The notes under the pieces: model-generated | Seen by the model: the letters and a program-made list of their open reading frames with translations, nothing else | Told to the model about the DNA's origin: nothing | Database searches by the model: none | Part shown: piece after piece, positions 10,167 to 20,107 of the stretch | Position numbering within the stretch: the stretch's first letter is position 1 | Layout: the number at the start of each line of letters is the position of its first letter | DNA from: Actinomycetes bacterium | Lineage (GTDB): Bacteria; Actinomycetota; Actinomycetes; S36-B12; UBA5976 | Length of the DNA stretch: 64,000 nucleotides | Assembly (NCBI GenBank): GCA_021824095.1 | Contig: JAKALQ010000002.1 | Coordinates: 935 to 64,934 of the forward strand | Reading direction: 5' to 3' | Position numbers and translations under genes: made by a program

Positions 10167-10180
10167 AGTAATATATTACT
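10167..10180. promoter_or_regulatory. Perfect 14-bp AT-rich palindrome AGTAATATATTACT; candidate GntR/FadR-type operator in a divergent promoter region
   Basis: It sits in the 62-bp gap between the FAD-oxidoreductase gene (-) and the dapA-like gene (+). It contains the GT-N-AC core typical of GntR-family sites. Confidence 0.6.
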
Positions 10181-10200
10181 CAGGCCCCCAAGGAGGCAGC

Positions 10201-11091
10201 ATGGAATCCAAGCCCTGGCACGGCATCCTCACCGCCACCGCACTCCCCCTCGACGCCGACCTGCGCGTGGACGTCGACGCCCTCGCCACGCACGTGCGCT
10301 GGCTCGCCGATGCTGGCACGCAGGGCGTCGCCGTGAACGGCAGCCTCGGCGAGTACCAATCACTCACGCCGGAGGAGCGCGCCCTCGTCGTACGCACCGC
10401 GGTCGAGGCCGCACCGGCCGGCTTCACCGTGATGGCCGGCACCGGCGCCTACAGCACTGCGGAGTCCGTGCGCTGGGCCGAGCAGGCCGCAGCGGCTGGC
10501 GCCCAGTGCGTCATGACGCTCCCACCGAACGCGTACCGCGGCGACGACCGCGCAGTGCTGCACCACTACCGCGAGGTGAGCGCCGTCGGGCTGCCCGTCA
10601 TCGCCTACAACAACCCCATCGACACGAAGATCGACCTCGTCCCGAGCCTGCTCGCCCGCCTGCACGAGGCCGGCCACATCGTCGCCGTGAAGGAGTTCAC
10701 CGGTGACGTGCGCCGCGCGTGGGAGATTGCAGAGCTCGCACCGGGGCTCGAGCTCATGATCGGCGCGGACGACGTGCTGCTCGAACTCGCCATCGCAGGG
10801 GCCGTCGGCTGGGTCGCGGGGTACACGAACGCGCTGCCCGTCACCTGCGGTGACCTCTATCGGGCTGCCGTCGCGCACGACCTCGAGCGTGCACTGCCGC
10901 TCTACCGCTTGCTGCACCCTTTGCTCCGCTGGGACTCCAAGACCGAGTTCGTGCAGGCCATCAAGCACTCGATGGACCTCGTCGGACGCTACGGTGGGCC
11001 GTGCCGGCCACCGCGCATGCCCCTCACGGACGCGCAGGAGGCAGCAGTGCGGTCGGCCACCGAGCGCGCCATGGAGGCAGGAGCACGCTGA
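10201..11091 (+). CDS. Dihydrodipicolinate synthase family protein; candidate 1-pyrroline-4-hydroxy-2-carboxylate deaminase
   Basis: DapA/NAL-family sequence. AAGGAGG at 10190-10196 precedes ATG 10201. Gene context supports the call. Confidence 0.8.
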   Translation: MESKPWHGILTATALPLDADLRVDVDALATHVRWLADAGTQGVAVNGSLGEYQSLTPEERALVVRTAVEAAPAGFTVMAGTGAYSTAESVRWAEQAAAAGAQCVMTLPPNAYRGDDRAVLHHYREVSAVGLPVIAYNNPIDTKIDLVPSLLARLHEAGHIVAVKEFTGDVRRAWEIAELAPGLELMIGADDVLLELAIAGAVGWVAGYTNALPVTCGDLYRAAVAHDLERALPLYRLLHPLLRWDSKTEFVQAIKHSMDLVGRYGGPCRPPRMPLTDAQEAAVRSATERAMEAGAR

Positions 11092-12092
11092 TGACCGAGG
11101 CCCAGCGCTTCGTCGCCGTCGACTCGCACACCGAGGGCATGCCCACCCGGGTCATCACCGACGGCGTCGGCGTCATCCCCGGCGCCACCATGTTCGACAA
11201 GCGCCGGCACTTCATGGAGCACATGGACGACATCCGCCTGCTCCTCATGAACGAGCCCCGCGGCCACAGCGCCATGAGCGGGGCCATCCTGCAGCCGCCC
11301 ACACGCCCGGATGCCGACATGGGCATCGTGTACATCGAGGTCTCGGGCTGCCTGCCGATGTGCGGGCACGGCACCATCGGCGCCGCGACGGTGATGGTCG
11401 AGGAGGGCCTCGTGCCGGTGCAGGAGCCCATCACCACGCTGCGACTCGACACCCCCGCTGGGCTCGTCATCGCCGAGGTCGCCGTGCGTGACGGCAAGGC
11501 CGAGCATGTGACGCTCACGAACGTGCCGTCGTTCTCGCTCGGCCTCGATCGCGTCGTCGAGGTGCCGGGCTTCGGACCCATCACCTACGACATGGCCTTC
11601 GGCGGCAACTTCTACGCCATCATCCCCACGGCCCGCTTCGGCCTCGAGCACTCGCGGGCCAACAAGCAGGCCATGCTCGATGCCGCCCTGCGCACCATGG
11701 ACGCCATCAACGCGAGCGAGGAGCCGGTGCACCCGGAGAATCCCGAGATCCGCGGCGTGCACCACATCTACCTCGAGGCGCCCGGCTCCGACGCCTTCCA
11801 CTCCCGCCACGCGATGGCCATCCACCCCGGCTGGTTCGACCGCTCCCCCTGCGGCACGGGCACGAGCGCGCGCATGGCGCAGTTGCACGCCCGTGGCGAG
11901 CTGCCGCTGCACCGCGACTTCGTGAACGAGTCGTTCATCGGGACCCACTTCGTCGGCCGGCTCATCGAGGAGACGACCGTGGGTGGCCTGCCGGCCGTCA
12001 TCCCGACGATCCGCGGGCGAGCCTGGGTCACCGGCCACGCCGAGTACCGCTACGACCCCTCCGATCCCTTCCCGACCGGCTTCGAACTGTAG
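11091..12092 (+). CDS. 4-hydroxyproline 2-epimerase / proline racemase family protein
   Basis: ATG 11091 overlaps the upstream stop by 1 nt. Both catalytic cysteines are present (PMCGHGT and SPCGTGTS), which indicates an epimerase/racemase rather than a dehydratase. Confidence 0.85.
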   Translation: MTEAQRFVAVDSHTEGMPTRVITDGVGVIPGATMFDKRRHFMEHMDDIRLLLMNEPRGHSAMSGAILQPPTRPDADMGIVYIEVSGCLPMCGHGTIGAATVMVEEGLVPVQEPITTLRLDTPAGLVIAEVAVRDGKAEHVTLTNVPSFSLGLDRVVEVPGFGPITYDMAFGGNFYAIIPTARFGLEHSRANKQAMLDAALRTMDAINASEEPVHPENPEIRGVHHIYLEAPGSDAFHSRHAMAIHPGWFDRSPCGTGTSARMAQLHARGELPLHRDFVNESFIGTHFVGRLIEETTVGGLPAVIPTIRGRAWVTGHAEYRYDPSDPFPTGFEL

Positions 12093-12100
12093 GAAGAACC

Positions 12101-13465
12101 ATGGACGTCATCGAATCGCGCTCCCCCCAGGACCCCTCCGACATCGTCGTCGCGGCACCGCGCATGACGGCCGCCGACGTGGCCGACATCGTGCAGCGCG
12201 CCCGCATCGCGCAGCGGCAGTGGTGGTCGGCTGGCGCAGCCGCCCGGGCCGCGGGGCTCCATGCCGCCGCCGAGGCACTCGCAGCCCGCGCGGAGGAGGC
12301 CTCGATGCTCGTGGCCCGCGAGGTGGGCAAGCCCATCACCGAGGCACGCGGCGAGGTGCAGCGCGGCATCTCGATCCTGCGCTACTACGCGCAGGTCTCG
12401 TACCTCCCGAAGGGTGACATGTTCCCGCCCTCGAATGGCGTCATGCTGTGGTCGGAGCGGCGCCCGCACGGCGTCGTGGGCCTCGTGACGCCATGGAACT
12501 TCCCGGTCGCCATCCCGCTCTGGAAGGCCGTGCCTGCGCTGTGTGCGGGCAACGCCGTCGTCATGAAGCCCTCGCAGGAGGCCATCGCCTGCGCCCTGCT
12601 GCTGCAGGAGGTCATCGCACCCCACCTGCCGGAGGGGCTCTTCTCGGTGGTGGTCGGCAGCGGCAGCGAGGTCGGCAATGCCGTCACCGGCAGCGCCGAC
12701 TGCATCTCCTTCACCGGTTCCACCGCCGTGGGGCGCGGCATCGTGCGCGTCGCCGCGGATCGCAATGTGCCGGTGCAGGCCGAGATGGGTGGCCTCAACG
12801 CGGCCATCGTGCTGCCGGACGCCGATTACGAGCGCACGGCCGCGATCATCGCCGGTGGCGCCATGTGGTTCGCCGGCCAGAAGTGCACCGCCACCTCCCG
12901 GGTCATCGTCGTCGGCGACGGCGACTTCGAGACCCCGTTCATCAACGCCGTCGAGGCGCTGCACATCGGCGACCCCATGGATCCCACCGTCACCGTCGGC
13001 CCGCTCATCAACGAGGCCTCGCTGCGCGACTTCACCACCGCCGTGGACGGGGCGCGCGCATCCGGCGGCCGCTTCCTCACCGGCGACGCCCCCGCGGAGG
13101 GGCTGTTCGTGCGTCCCGTCGTGATGGCGGGGCTCGCGCCCGATCATCCGCTCTCCTGCAACGAGGTATTCGGCCCCATCGTCACGATGCACCGCGCCGC
13201 CACCCCCGAGGATGCCATCGCCATGGCCAACTCGGTGCAGTACGGCCTCGTCACCGGCATCCATGGCAGGGACGTCAACCTGCTCACCTCGCTTGCCTCA
13301 CAGGCGCACAGTGGCATCGTGAAGATCAACGCCTCGACGTCCGGCGTCGACTTCTACGCCCCCTTCGGTGGGGAGAAGATGTCGAGCTACGGCCCCCGCG
13401 AACAGGGCCTGGCGGCGCTCGACTTCTACTCGCACACCACCACCGTCACCCTCGCACAGCACTGA
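12101..13465 (+). CDS. NAD(P)-dependent aldehyde dehydrogenase; candidate alpha-ketoglutarate semialdehyde dehydrogenase
   Basis: ALDH-family sequence with the catalytic-Cys region (FAGQKCTATSR) and EMGG motif. Last gene of the hydroxyproline block. Confidence 0.85.
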   Translation: MDVIESRSPQDPSDIVVAAPRMTAADVADIVQRARIAQRQWWSAGAAARAAGLHAAAEALAARAEEASMLVAREVGKPITEARGEVQRGISILRYYAQVSYLPKGDMFPPSNGVMLWSERRPHGVVGLVTPWNFPVAIPLWKAVPALCAGNAVVMKPSQEAIACALLLQEVIAPHLPEGLFSVVVGSGSEVGNAVTGSADCISFTGSTAVGRGIVRVAADRNVPVQAEMGGLNAAIVLPDADYERTAAIIAGGAMWFAGQKCTATSRVIVVGDGDFETPFINAVEALHIGDPMDPTVTVGPLINEASLRDFTTAVDGARASGGRFLTGDAPAEGLFVRPVVMAGLAPDHPLSCNEVFGPIVTMHRAATPEDAIAMANSVQYGLVTGIHGRDVNLLTSLASQAHSGIVKINASTSGVDFYAPFGGEKMSSYGPREQGLAALDFYSHTTTVTLAQH

Positions 13466-13466
13466 C

Positions 13467-13522
13467 GAGCGCACCGAGGGGTGCCGCCCGGACGACCGTC
13501 CGCGTCTGCACCCCTCGCGCTC
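13467..13522 (+). terminator. Compound stem-loop after the aldehyde dehydrogenase gene
   Basis: CGAGGGGTGC / GCACCCCTCG (10 bp), extended by GAGCGC / GCGCTC, with an inner GGACG-ACC-GTCC hairpin. Confidence 0.55.
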
Positions 13523-13533
13523 GGCGGTCGCGT

Positions 13534-13547
13534 CTGAATCGATTCAG
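13534..13547. promoter_or_regulatory. Perfect 14-bp palindrome CTGAATCGATTCAG just upstream of the -10-like hexamer of the MFS gene
   Basis: Seen directly. Lies 10 nt upstream of TAGGAT (13558-13563). Confidence 0.45.
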
Positions 13548-13569
13548 TGATGGGTCGTAGGATCGAGCC

Positions 13570-14826
13570 GTGAGCGCGCCGCCGGCTTCCCCCATCGACG
13601 TCGCGCCGTTCCCCTCCGCCGCCCGATCCATCCGCTGGGTCTTCTTCGCCATGGGCGTGCCGATCGGCACCCTCGCCCCGCGCCTGGCGGAGATCAAGGC
13701 CAAGCTCGGTGCCGACAATGCCGCCTATGGCACGGCCATCGCCATCGGCGGCGCCGGCTCCATGCTCGGCAGTTGGCTCGGCGGACGGCTCACGCACCGG
13801 CTCGGCTCCCAGACCGTGGCCCAGCTCGGCATCCTCCTCGTCGTCGTCGCGAGTGTCGCCAATGCCATCGCCCCGAGTATCGAGCTGCTCGCCCTCGTCT
13901 CCTTCGCCTCCGGCTTCAGCTACTCGGTGACGAACGTGGCGGTGAACTCACAGGCGGTGCTCACCGAGCAGGGGCTGGGCCGCTCGTTCATCCCACGGGC
14001 GCATGCCTTCTGGAGCCTCGGCACCATGACGTCGTCGCTCATCTCGAGCCTCCTCGCACCCCACATCAGCCCCCTTGCCGCGCTCGCGATCGGCGCCGCC
14101 ACCGCACTCAGCCTGTTCCAGTGGGCGGCGCGCGGCCTGCTCGGCACGGTGCACGAGGATCGCCCCGTCGACGATCCCACGCAGTTGCCGCGGCACGCGC
14201 CCATCCCCCGCGGCGCCCTGCGCTTCCTCGTCGTGCTCGCCATCGCACAGACCCTCGGCCTGGTTGCGGAGATGTCCGTCGGCGACTGGAGCTCGGTGCT
14301 CCTGCACCAGAACTTCCTCGTCGCGGTGGGTCCGAACGGCTACGGCTTCACGGCCTTCATGCTCGTGCAGCTGCTCACCCGCCTTGCGGCCACACGCCTC
14401 ATCGACCGCCGAGGACTGCAGCACACGATCCGCACCCTCGGCCTCATCGGCACCGCCGGCTACGTCGTGGCCATCGCCGCTGCGGATGTGCTCTCCGCGC
14501 ACCATGCCGCTGGCGTCCTCGTGCTCTCGTGCATCGCCTACGCCTTCATGGGGGTGGCCGTGGGCTCCATGCCGGCGGCGTTCACCACGGCTGCCGGCGC
14601 CATCCCGGGGCTGCCGAGTGCACGGGCCCTCACCGTCACCGGTATCGTCGTGGCCGTCTCGGCGATGACGGGACGCATCACCCTGGCCCTCGTCGCCCAG
14701 GTCGTACCGCTGCCCATCGCCCTCGGGTGCATGGGCGCACTCGTCCTTGCCGCGGTGTCGATGGCCTCTGTGCTGCAGCCGCATCGTGCCGAGCAGCACG
14801 CCATCCGTCGCGAGGAGCAGTCATGA
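13570..14826 (+). CDS. MFS transporter
   Basis: 418-aa protein with about 12 TM segments. TAGGAT hexamer lies 6 nt before GTG 13570. Confidence 0.8.
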   Translation: MSAPPASPIDVAPFPSAARSIRWVFFAMGVPIGTLAPRLAEIKAKLGADNAAYGTAIAIGGAGSMLGSWLGGRLTHRLGSQTVAQLGILLVVVASVANAIAPSIELLALVSFASGFSYSVTNVAVNSQAVLTEQGLGRSFIPRAHAFWSLGTMTSSLISSLLAPHISPLAALAIGAATALSLFQWAARGLLGTVHEDRPVDDPTQLPRHAPIPRGALRFLVVLAIAQTLGLVAEMSVGDWSSVLLHQNFLVAVGPNGYGFTAFMLVQLLTRLAATRLIDRRGLQHTIRTLGLIGTAGYVVAIAAADVLSAHHAAGVLVLSCIAYAFMGVAVGSMPAAFTTAAGAIPGLPSARALTVTGIVVAVSAMTGRITLALVAQVVPLPIALGCMGALVLAAVSMASVLQPHRAEQHAIRREEQS

Positions 14827-15116
14827 TCATGGAGACCGCCATCATGCGCGTCCACGAGGGCCAGGAGGAGGCATTCCTCGCCGCCCTCGAGCAGGGCAAG
14901 CAGGTGCTGGCCCGGGCCACCGGATTCAACGCCATCCATGTGCACCGGGGCATCGAGCGTTCGAGCACCTTCCTCCTCGCCATCGCCTGGGACACCCTCG
15001 AGGACCACACGGAGGGCTTCCGGGGCGGCCCCCTCTTCGCGGAATGGCGCGGCCACATCGGCGCCTACTTCGCCGAGGCGCCGCAGGTGGAGCACTGGAC
15101 GCTGCTGGCCGACTGA
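14823..15116 (+). CDS. Antibiotic-biosynthesis-monooxygenase (ABM) domain protein
   Basis: 97-aa ORF starting at ATG 14823 with an ATGA overlap on the MFS stop. The sequence MIMETAIMRVHEGQEEAFLAALE...FLLAIAWDTLEDH is ABM-like. Confidence 0.75.
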   Translation: MIMETAIMRVHEGQEEAFLAALEQGKQVLARATGFNAIHVHRGIERSSTFLLAIAWDTLEDHTEGFRGGPLFAEWRGHIGAYFAEAPQVEHWTLLAD

Positions 15117-15149
15117 GCGTCGAACGGACGCCGTCGCTATCGTTCCCAC

Positions 15150-15452
15150 ATGGCCGAGTACCAGGTGACGCGCTGGCGTGACATCCCCTCCCTCGTCACT
15201 GCCCGTGAGGGCGACGTCGTGGCGAAGGTGCAGTTGGCGCCACGCTTCCAGGAGGCCATCGACGAGGCCGCGATGCGACTGGGCGCGACCGACAGTGACG
15301 CCTACCTCGAGGGCTGGAACCGCAGCGCCTGGACCAGCGTCGACGGGGACCCTGCCGCTGTCGCCGAGCAGGTGGCGCACGACCTCGACGCCGCCTTCGA
15401 ACCGGCGACCCTCGCCCGCATGCTCGATGACCTGAACGGAGCCCAGTCATGA
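15150..15452 (+). CDS. Small conserved protein of unknown function; resembles actinobacterial proteins annotated as virulence factor (PF13769-like, from memory)
   Basis: 100-aa ORF (MAEYQVTRWRDIPSLV...). TATCGT hexamer lies 6 nt before the ATG. Its stop overlaps the next start (ATGA). Confidence 0.6.
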   Translation: MAEYQVTRWRDIPSLVTAREGDVVAKVQLAPRFQEAIDEAAMRLGATDSDAYLEGWNRSAWTSVDGDPAAVAEQVAHDLDAAFEPATLARMLDDLNGAQS

Positions 15453-16333
15453 CCGACCTCTACGCGGCGCTCGCCGCCGGCACGCTCACCTCGGACGGGG
15501 CCATGGGCACCATGTTGCAGGAGCGCGGTCTCACCGACGGCGGGGCCCCCGAGCTGTGGAACGTCGAGCACGCGGACGTCGTCGAGGGCATCCTCGAGGA
15601 GTACGCCGCGGCCGGCGCCCAACTGCTCACCACGAACACCTTCGGCGGCTCCCGTCCGCGCCTGCAGATGCATGGCCTCGAGGACCGCGTGCACGAGCTC
15701 AACCGCGCCGGTGCGGCCGTCGCGCGCCGCGTCGCCGACCGCCACCCCGGCACCTGGGTCATGGGCGACGTCGGACCGTCCGGTGAGCTCATGGAGCCCA
15801 TGGGCACGCTCACGATGGAGGATGCCGAGGCCCTCTTCGCCGAGCAGATCCGCGGACTCGTGGACGGTGGCGTCGACGCCATCCTCATCGAGACCATGAG
15901 TGACCTCTCCGAGGTGGAGGCTGCCGTGCGCGCCGCCCACGCCGTGGCGCCCGACATGCCCGTCATCACGACGCTGAGCTTCGACACCAACCTGCGCACC
16001 ATGATGGGCGTGAAGCCGGCCGTGGCCGTGCGCACCCTCGCCGGGCTCGGCGTGAAGGTCATCGGCGCGAACTGCGGGCGCGGCACCGACGAGATGCGCG
16101 TCATCGCGCAGGAGATGGTCGAGGCCCGCCCCGAGGGCGTCTACCTCATCACCCAGTCGAACGCCGGCCTGCCGCAGCTCGTCGGTGGCGAGTTCGTGTA
16201 CACCGGCACGCCCGATGACATGGGGGCCTTCGCCAAGGAGATGCAGGACCTCGGCATCGACATCGTCGGCTCCTGCTGCGGTTCGACCCCCGCGCACACG
16301 CGCGCCATCCGCACCGCCCTCGCCGCCTCCTGA
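15449..16333 (+). CDS. Homocysteine S-methyltransferase family protein (stand-alone Hcy-binding/zinc domain)
   Basis: Zinc-ligand motifs GANCG and SCCGSTP. Similar to the MetH N-terminal domain and to MmuM. Confidence 0.85.
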   Translation: MTDLYAALAAGTLTSDGAMGTMLQERGLTDGGAPELWNVEHADVVEGILEEYAAAGAQLLTTNTFGGSRPRLQMHGLEDRVHELNRAGAAVARRVADRHPGTWVMGDVGPSGELMEPMGTLTMEDAEALFAEQIRGLVDGGVDAILIETMSDLSEVEAAVRAAHAVAPDMPVITTLSFDTNLRTMMGVKPAVAVRTLAGLGVKVIGANCGRGTDEMRVIAQEMVEARPEGVYLITQSNAGLPQLVGGEFVYTGTPDDMGAFAKEMQDLGIDIVGSCCGSTPAHTRAIRTALAAS

Positions 16334-16397
16334 GGCTGCGGCAGGCGGCTCCCGCCGGAGTCTGACGAACGGCTAGGCTCCGCGCGAGGAGACCCGC

Positions 16398-18122
16398 ATG
16401 CTCATCGACATCCTGCGGTCGTTCACGCGCCCCTACCGGGGCCGGATCGCCGTCATCACCCTGCTCGTGCTCGCCCAGGTGGTCATCAGCCTGTACCTGC
16501 CGGCACTGAACGCCGACATCATCAACAACGGCGTGGCCACCGGCAACATCAACTACATCTGGCAGGTCGGGTTCGAGATGCTCGGGCTCACTGCCGTCTC
16601 GGTGGTGGTGTCGGTGGGCGCCGCCTACCTCACCGCCTTCGTGTCGATGTCCTTCGCCCGCGACCTGCGCGCCACCGTGTTCCGCACGGTGCTCGACTTC
16701 AATGCCCAGGACGTGGACCACTTCGGCACCCCGTCACTCATCACGCGCAACACGAACGACATCCAGCAGGTGCAGCTGCTCGTCACCATGGGGCTGTCGA
16801 TGCTGCTCATGGCACCGCTCACCATGATCGGCGGCGTCATCATGGCGCTCGCCCACAACCTGCGCATGTCGATCCTCATCGCAGTGGCCGTGCCGCTCAT
16901 GGCGCTCGTCATCGGGCTCATGATGCGCGTGGCCATCCCGCAGTTCCGTACCATCCAGACGCGCATCGACCGCATCAACGGCGTGCTCCGCGAGCAGATC
17001 ACCGGCATGCGCGTGATCCGTGCCTTCGTCCGCGACGACTTCGAGCAGGCCCGCTTCGCCGACGCCAACGACGCCCTCCGCGAGACCTCGTTGCGCATCA
17101 ACCGCATCTTCGCCCTCGCCATGCCGATGCTCATGCTCATCCTCAACTTCTCCACCATCGGCGTGGTGTGGTTCGGCGCCCACCTCGTGAGCACGGGTGA
17201 CATGCAGATCGGTGACATCTCCGCGTTCCTCAGCTACCTCATGCAGATCCTCATCTCGGTGATGATGGCGACCATGGCCGCCATGCTCGTGCCGCGTGCG
17301 GCTGCCAGCGCGGAGCGCATCAAGGCGGTGCTCGACGTCGTGCCGACGATCACCGACCCGGCGCAGCCCACGCCACAGGTCACCCCCGGCGCCGTCGAGT
17401 TCCGCAACGTCTCGTTCCGCTATCCCGGCGCCGAGGAGCCGGTGCTGCGCAGCATCGACTTCCACATCGCGCCCGGTGAGTTCACCGCGATCGTCGGTGG
17501 CACCGGGTCGGGCAAGACCACGCTCATCAACCTGCTCGCCCGCTTCCATGACGTCACCGATGGCACGGTGCTCGTCGGCGGGGTGGACGTGCGCGAGCAG
17601 GCCCGGGCCGAGCTCTACCGGGGCCTGGCGCTCGTCCCCCAGCGCGCCTACCTGTTCGGTGGCTCGGTGCGCGACAACGTGCGCTTCGGGGCCCAGGACA
17701 TCACGGACGACGAGGTGTGGCGGGCGCTCGAGATCGCCCAGGCGGCGGACTTCGTGCGCGAACTCGACAACGGCCTCGACCACGAGATCGCGCAGGGCGG
17801 CCAGAACCTCTCCGGCGGGCAGAAGCAGCGCATGGCCATTGCCCGCGCGGTGGCCCTGCACCCGCGGATCTACGTGCTCGACGACTCCTTCTCCGCCCTG
17901 GATGCGGCGACGGACGCCCGCCTACGAGCCTCACTGCAGCGCGAGATGGCCGGCTCCACCGTCATCGTGGTCGCGCAGCGGGTGAGCACCGTGCTGCACG
18001 CCGATCGCATCATCGTGCTCGATGAGGGTGCCATCGCCGGCATCGGCACCCACGACGAGCTGCTGGCGACCTGCACGGCCTATCGCGAGATCGTCGGCTC
18101 ACAGTTGGGAGCGAACGCATGA
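16398..18122 (+). CDS. ABC exporter, fused permease/ATP-binding subunit (heterodimer partner 1)
   Basis: Six-TM N-terminal half. Walker A GGTGSGKTT, signature LSGGQKQR, Walker B YVLDDSFSALD. Confidence 0.9.
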   Translation: MLIDILRSFTRPYRGRIAVITLLVLAQVVISLYLPALNADIINNGVATGNINYIWQVGFEMLGLTAVSVVVSVGAAYLTAFVSMSFARDLRATVFRTVLDFNAQDVDHFGTPSLITRNTNDIQQVQLLVTMGLSMLLMAPLTMIGGVIMALAHNLRMSILIAVAVPLMALVIGLMMRVAIPQFRTIQTRIDRINGVLREQITGMRVIRAFVRDDFEQARFADANDALRETSLRINRIFALAMPMLMLILNFSTIGVVWFGAHLVSTGDMQIGDISAFLSYLMQILISVMMATMAAMLVPRAAASAERIKAVLDVVPTITDPAQPTPQVTPGAVEFRNVSFRYPGAEEPVLRSIDFHIAPGEFTAIVGGTGSGKTTLINLLARFHDVTDGTVLVGGVDVREQARAELYRGLALVPQRAYLFGGSVRDNVRFGAQDITDDEVWRALEIAQAADFVRELDNGLDHEIAQGGQNLSGGQKQRMAIARAVALHPRIYVLDDSFSALDAATDARLRASLQREMAGSTVIVVAQRVSTVLHADRIIVLDEGAIAGIGTHDELLATCTAYREIVGSQLGANA

Positions 18123-20092
18123 GCACACCACGCGGCGGCATGGCACCCGTGCGGGGCATGCGTCCCGGCGGCGGCCCCATGGGCCACGGCATGATGGGCG
18201 GTGGCGCCGGCGGCCGTGCGACGAATGCGAAGGCCACGGCCGTGCGCCTCATCCGGCGGCTGGAACGGCAGCGTCGCACCCTGCTGCTCGTCGTGCTCCT
18301 CATCGCGACGGCGACGGGTGCCGGCCTCTTCGGCCCCAAGCTGCTCGGCGATGCCACCACACGCGTCTTCGCCGACCTCATGGGCATGCTGCTCTACCAC
18401 CGCGGGGTGCCGCTCGGCACGTCCACGAGCACCGTCGTCGCGCAGCTGCGGTCACAGGGGCAGGACCGCTACGCATCGATGCTCGAGGGCATGCACGTGG
18501 TGCCGACGACGAGCGTGGACTTCACCGCCATCGGCTCGCTCATCGCCTGGGTCGTGGTGCTGTACCTCATCGGCGCCTTCCTGCAGTGGCTGCAGGCCTG
18601 GATCATGGCCGGCGTCGCCCAGACCGCCGTGTTCGAGTTGCGCCGCGACGTCGAGACGAAGCTCTCCCGCGTGCCGCTGTCGTACCTCGACACCCAGTCG
18701 CGCGGCGACCTGCTGAGTCGCGTCACGAACGACATCGACAACATCGGCAACACCCTGCAGCAGGGCCTGAGCCAGTTGCTGTCCTCGATCCTCGCGGTGG
18801 TCGGCACGCTCATCGTGATGTTCGTGCTGTCGTGGGAGCTGGCGCTGGTGTCGCTGCTCATCGTGCCGCTGTCGATCGTCATGATGGCGCGCATCGGCAA
18901 GCGCTCACAGGTGCAGTTCGCGGCCCAGTGGCGTGAGACCGGCCGCGTGAACGGGCATGTGGAGGAGATGCACACGGGGCACGCCATCGTGCTCGCCTAC
19001 AACCGTCGTGAGCGCGCGGTGGCGGAGTTCGACGAGTTCAATGACGCCCTCTTCGAGGCCAGCTTCAAGGCCCAGTTCCTCAGCAGCATCATGATGCCGC
19101 TCATGAACGTGCTGTCGAACCTCAACTACGTGGTGATCGCGGTGCTCGGCGGCATCCGGGTGGCGTCGGGCCAACTGGTGCTCGGTCAGGTGCAGGCGTT
19201 CATCCAGTACTCGCGGCAGTTCACCATGCCGCTCGGCCAGATCGCGCAGCAGGCCAACCAGCTGCAGTCGGGCCTGGCCTCGGCCGAGCGCGTGTTCGAG
19301 GTGCTCGACGCCCCGGAGGAGCCGGCCGAGCCCCGAGGGTCCAAGACCGTGCTGCCCGAGGTGCAGGGTGCGGTGACGCTCGAGGACGTGTCGTTCCGCT
19401 ACGTGCCCGATGTGCCGCTCATCGAGGGCGTGCATGTGCGCGTGCAGCCAGGCCAGACGGTGGCGATCGTCGGCCCGACCGGCGCGGGCAAGACCACGAT
19501 CGTGAACCTGCTCATGCGCTTCTACGACATCGACGGTGGCCGCATCACCCTCGATGGCGTCGACACGCGCGACATCGCCCGCGAGGACCTGCGCTCCGCC
19601 TTCGGCATGGTGCTGCAGGACACCTGGCTGTTCAACGGCACCATCCGCGAGAACATCGCATACGGCCGTGCCGGCGCCACGGAGGAGGAGATCGTCGCAG
19701 CGGCCAAGGAGGCCCACGCCGACCACTTCATCCGCACGCTGCCCCACGGCTACGACACGGTGCTCGAGGATGACGCGACGAACATCTCGGTGGGCGAGCG
19801 CCAGCTGCTCACCATCGCGCGCGCGTTCCTCGCCGATCCGTCGGTGCTCATCCTCGACGAGGCCACCTCGAACGTGGACACCCGCACCGAGGTGCTCATC
19901 CAGGAGGCCATGAACCGCCTGCGCCACGGGCGCACCGGCTTCGTCATCGCCCACCGTCTGTCGACCATCCGCAATGCCGACACGATCCTCGTGATGGATC
20001 ACGGCCACATCGTCGAGCAGGGATCGCACGACGAGCTCATGGCAGCCGGCGGGTTCTACCAGCGCCTGTACGAGAGCCAGTTCGCCGAGTAG
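18119..20092 (+). CDS. ABC exporter, fused permease/ATP-binding subunit (heterodimer partner 2)
   Basis: ATGA overlap with the upstream gene. Gly/Met-rich N-terminus. Walker [10 protein letters not shown], signature VGERQ, Walker [12 protein letters not shown]. Confidence 0.9.
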   Translation: MSTPRGGMAPVRGMRPGGGPMGHGMMGGGAGGRATNAKATAVRLIRRLERQRRTLLLVVLLIATATGAGLFGPKLLGDATTRVFADLMGMLLYHRGVPLGTSTSTVVAQLRSQGQDRYASMLEGMHVVPTTSVDFTAIGSLIAWVVVLYLIGAFLQWLQAWIMAGVAQTAVFELRRDVETKLSRVPLSYLDTQSRGDLLSRVTNDIDNIGNTLQQGLSQLLSSILAVVGTLIVMFVLSWELALVSLLIVPLSIVMMARIGKRSQVQFAAQWRETGRVNGHVEEMHTGHAIVLAYNRRERAVAEFDEFNDALFEASFKAQFLSSIMMPLMNVLSNLNYVVIAVLGGIRVASGQLVLGQVQAFIQYSRQFTMPLGQIAQQANQLQSGLASAERVFEVLDAPEEPAEPRGSKTVLPEVQGAVTLEDVSFRYVPDVPLIEGVHVRVQPGQTVAIVGPTGAGKTTIVNLLMRFYDIDGGRITLDGVDTRDIAREDLRSAFGMVLQDTWLFNGTIRENIAYGRAGATEEEIVAAAKEAHADHFIRTLPHGYDTVLEDDATNISVGERQLLTIARAFLADPSVLILDEATSNVDTRTEVLIQEAMNRLRHGRTGFVIAHRLSTIRNADTILVMDHGHIVEQGSHDELMAAGGFYQRLYESQFAE

Positions 20093-20107
20093 CCAGCGGC
20101 GCATGCA

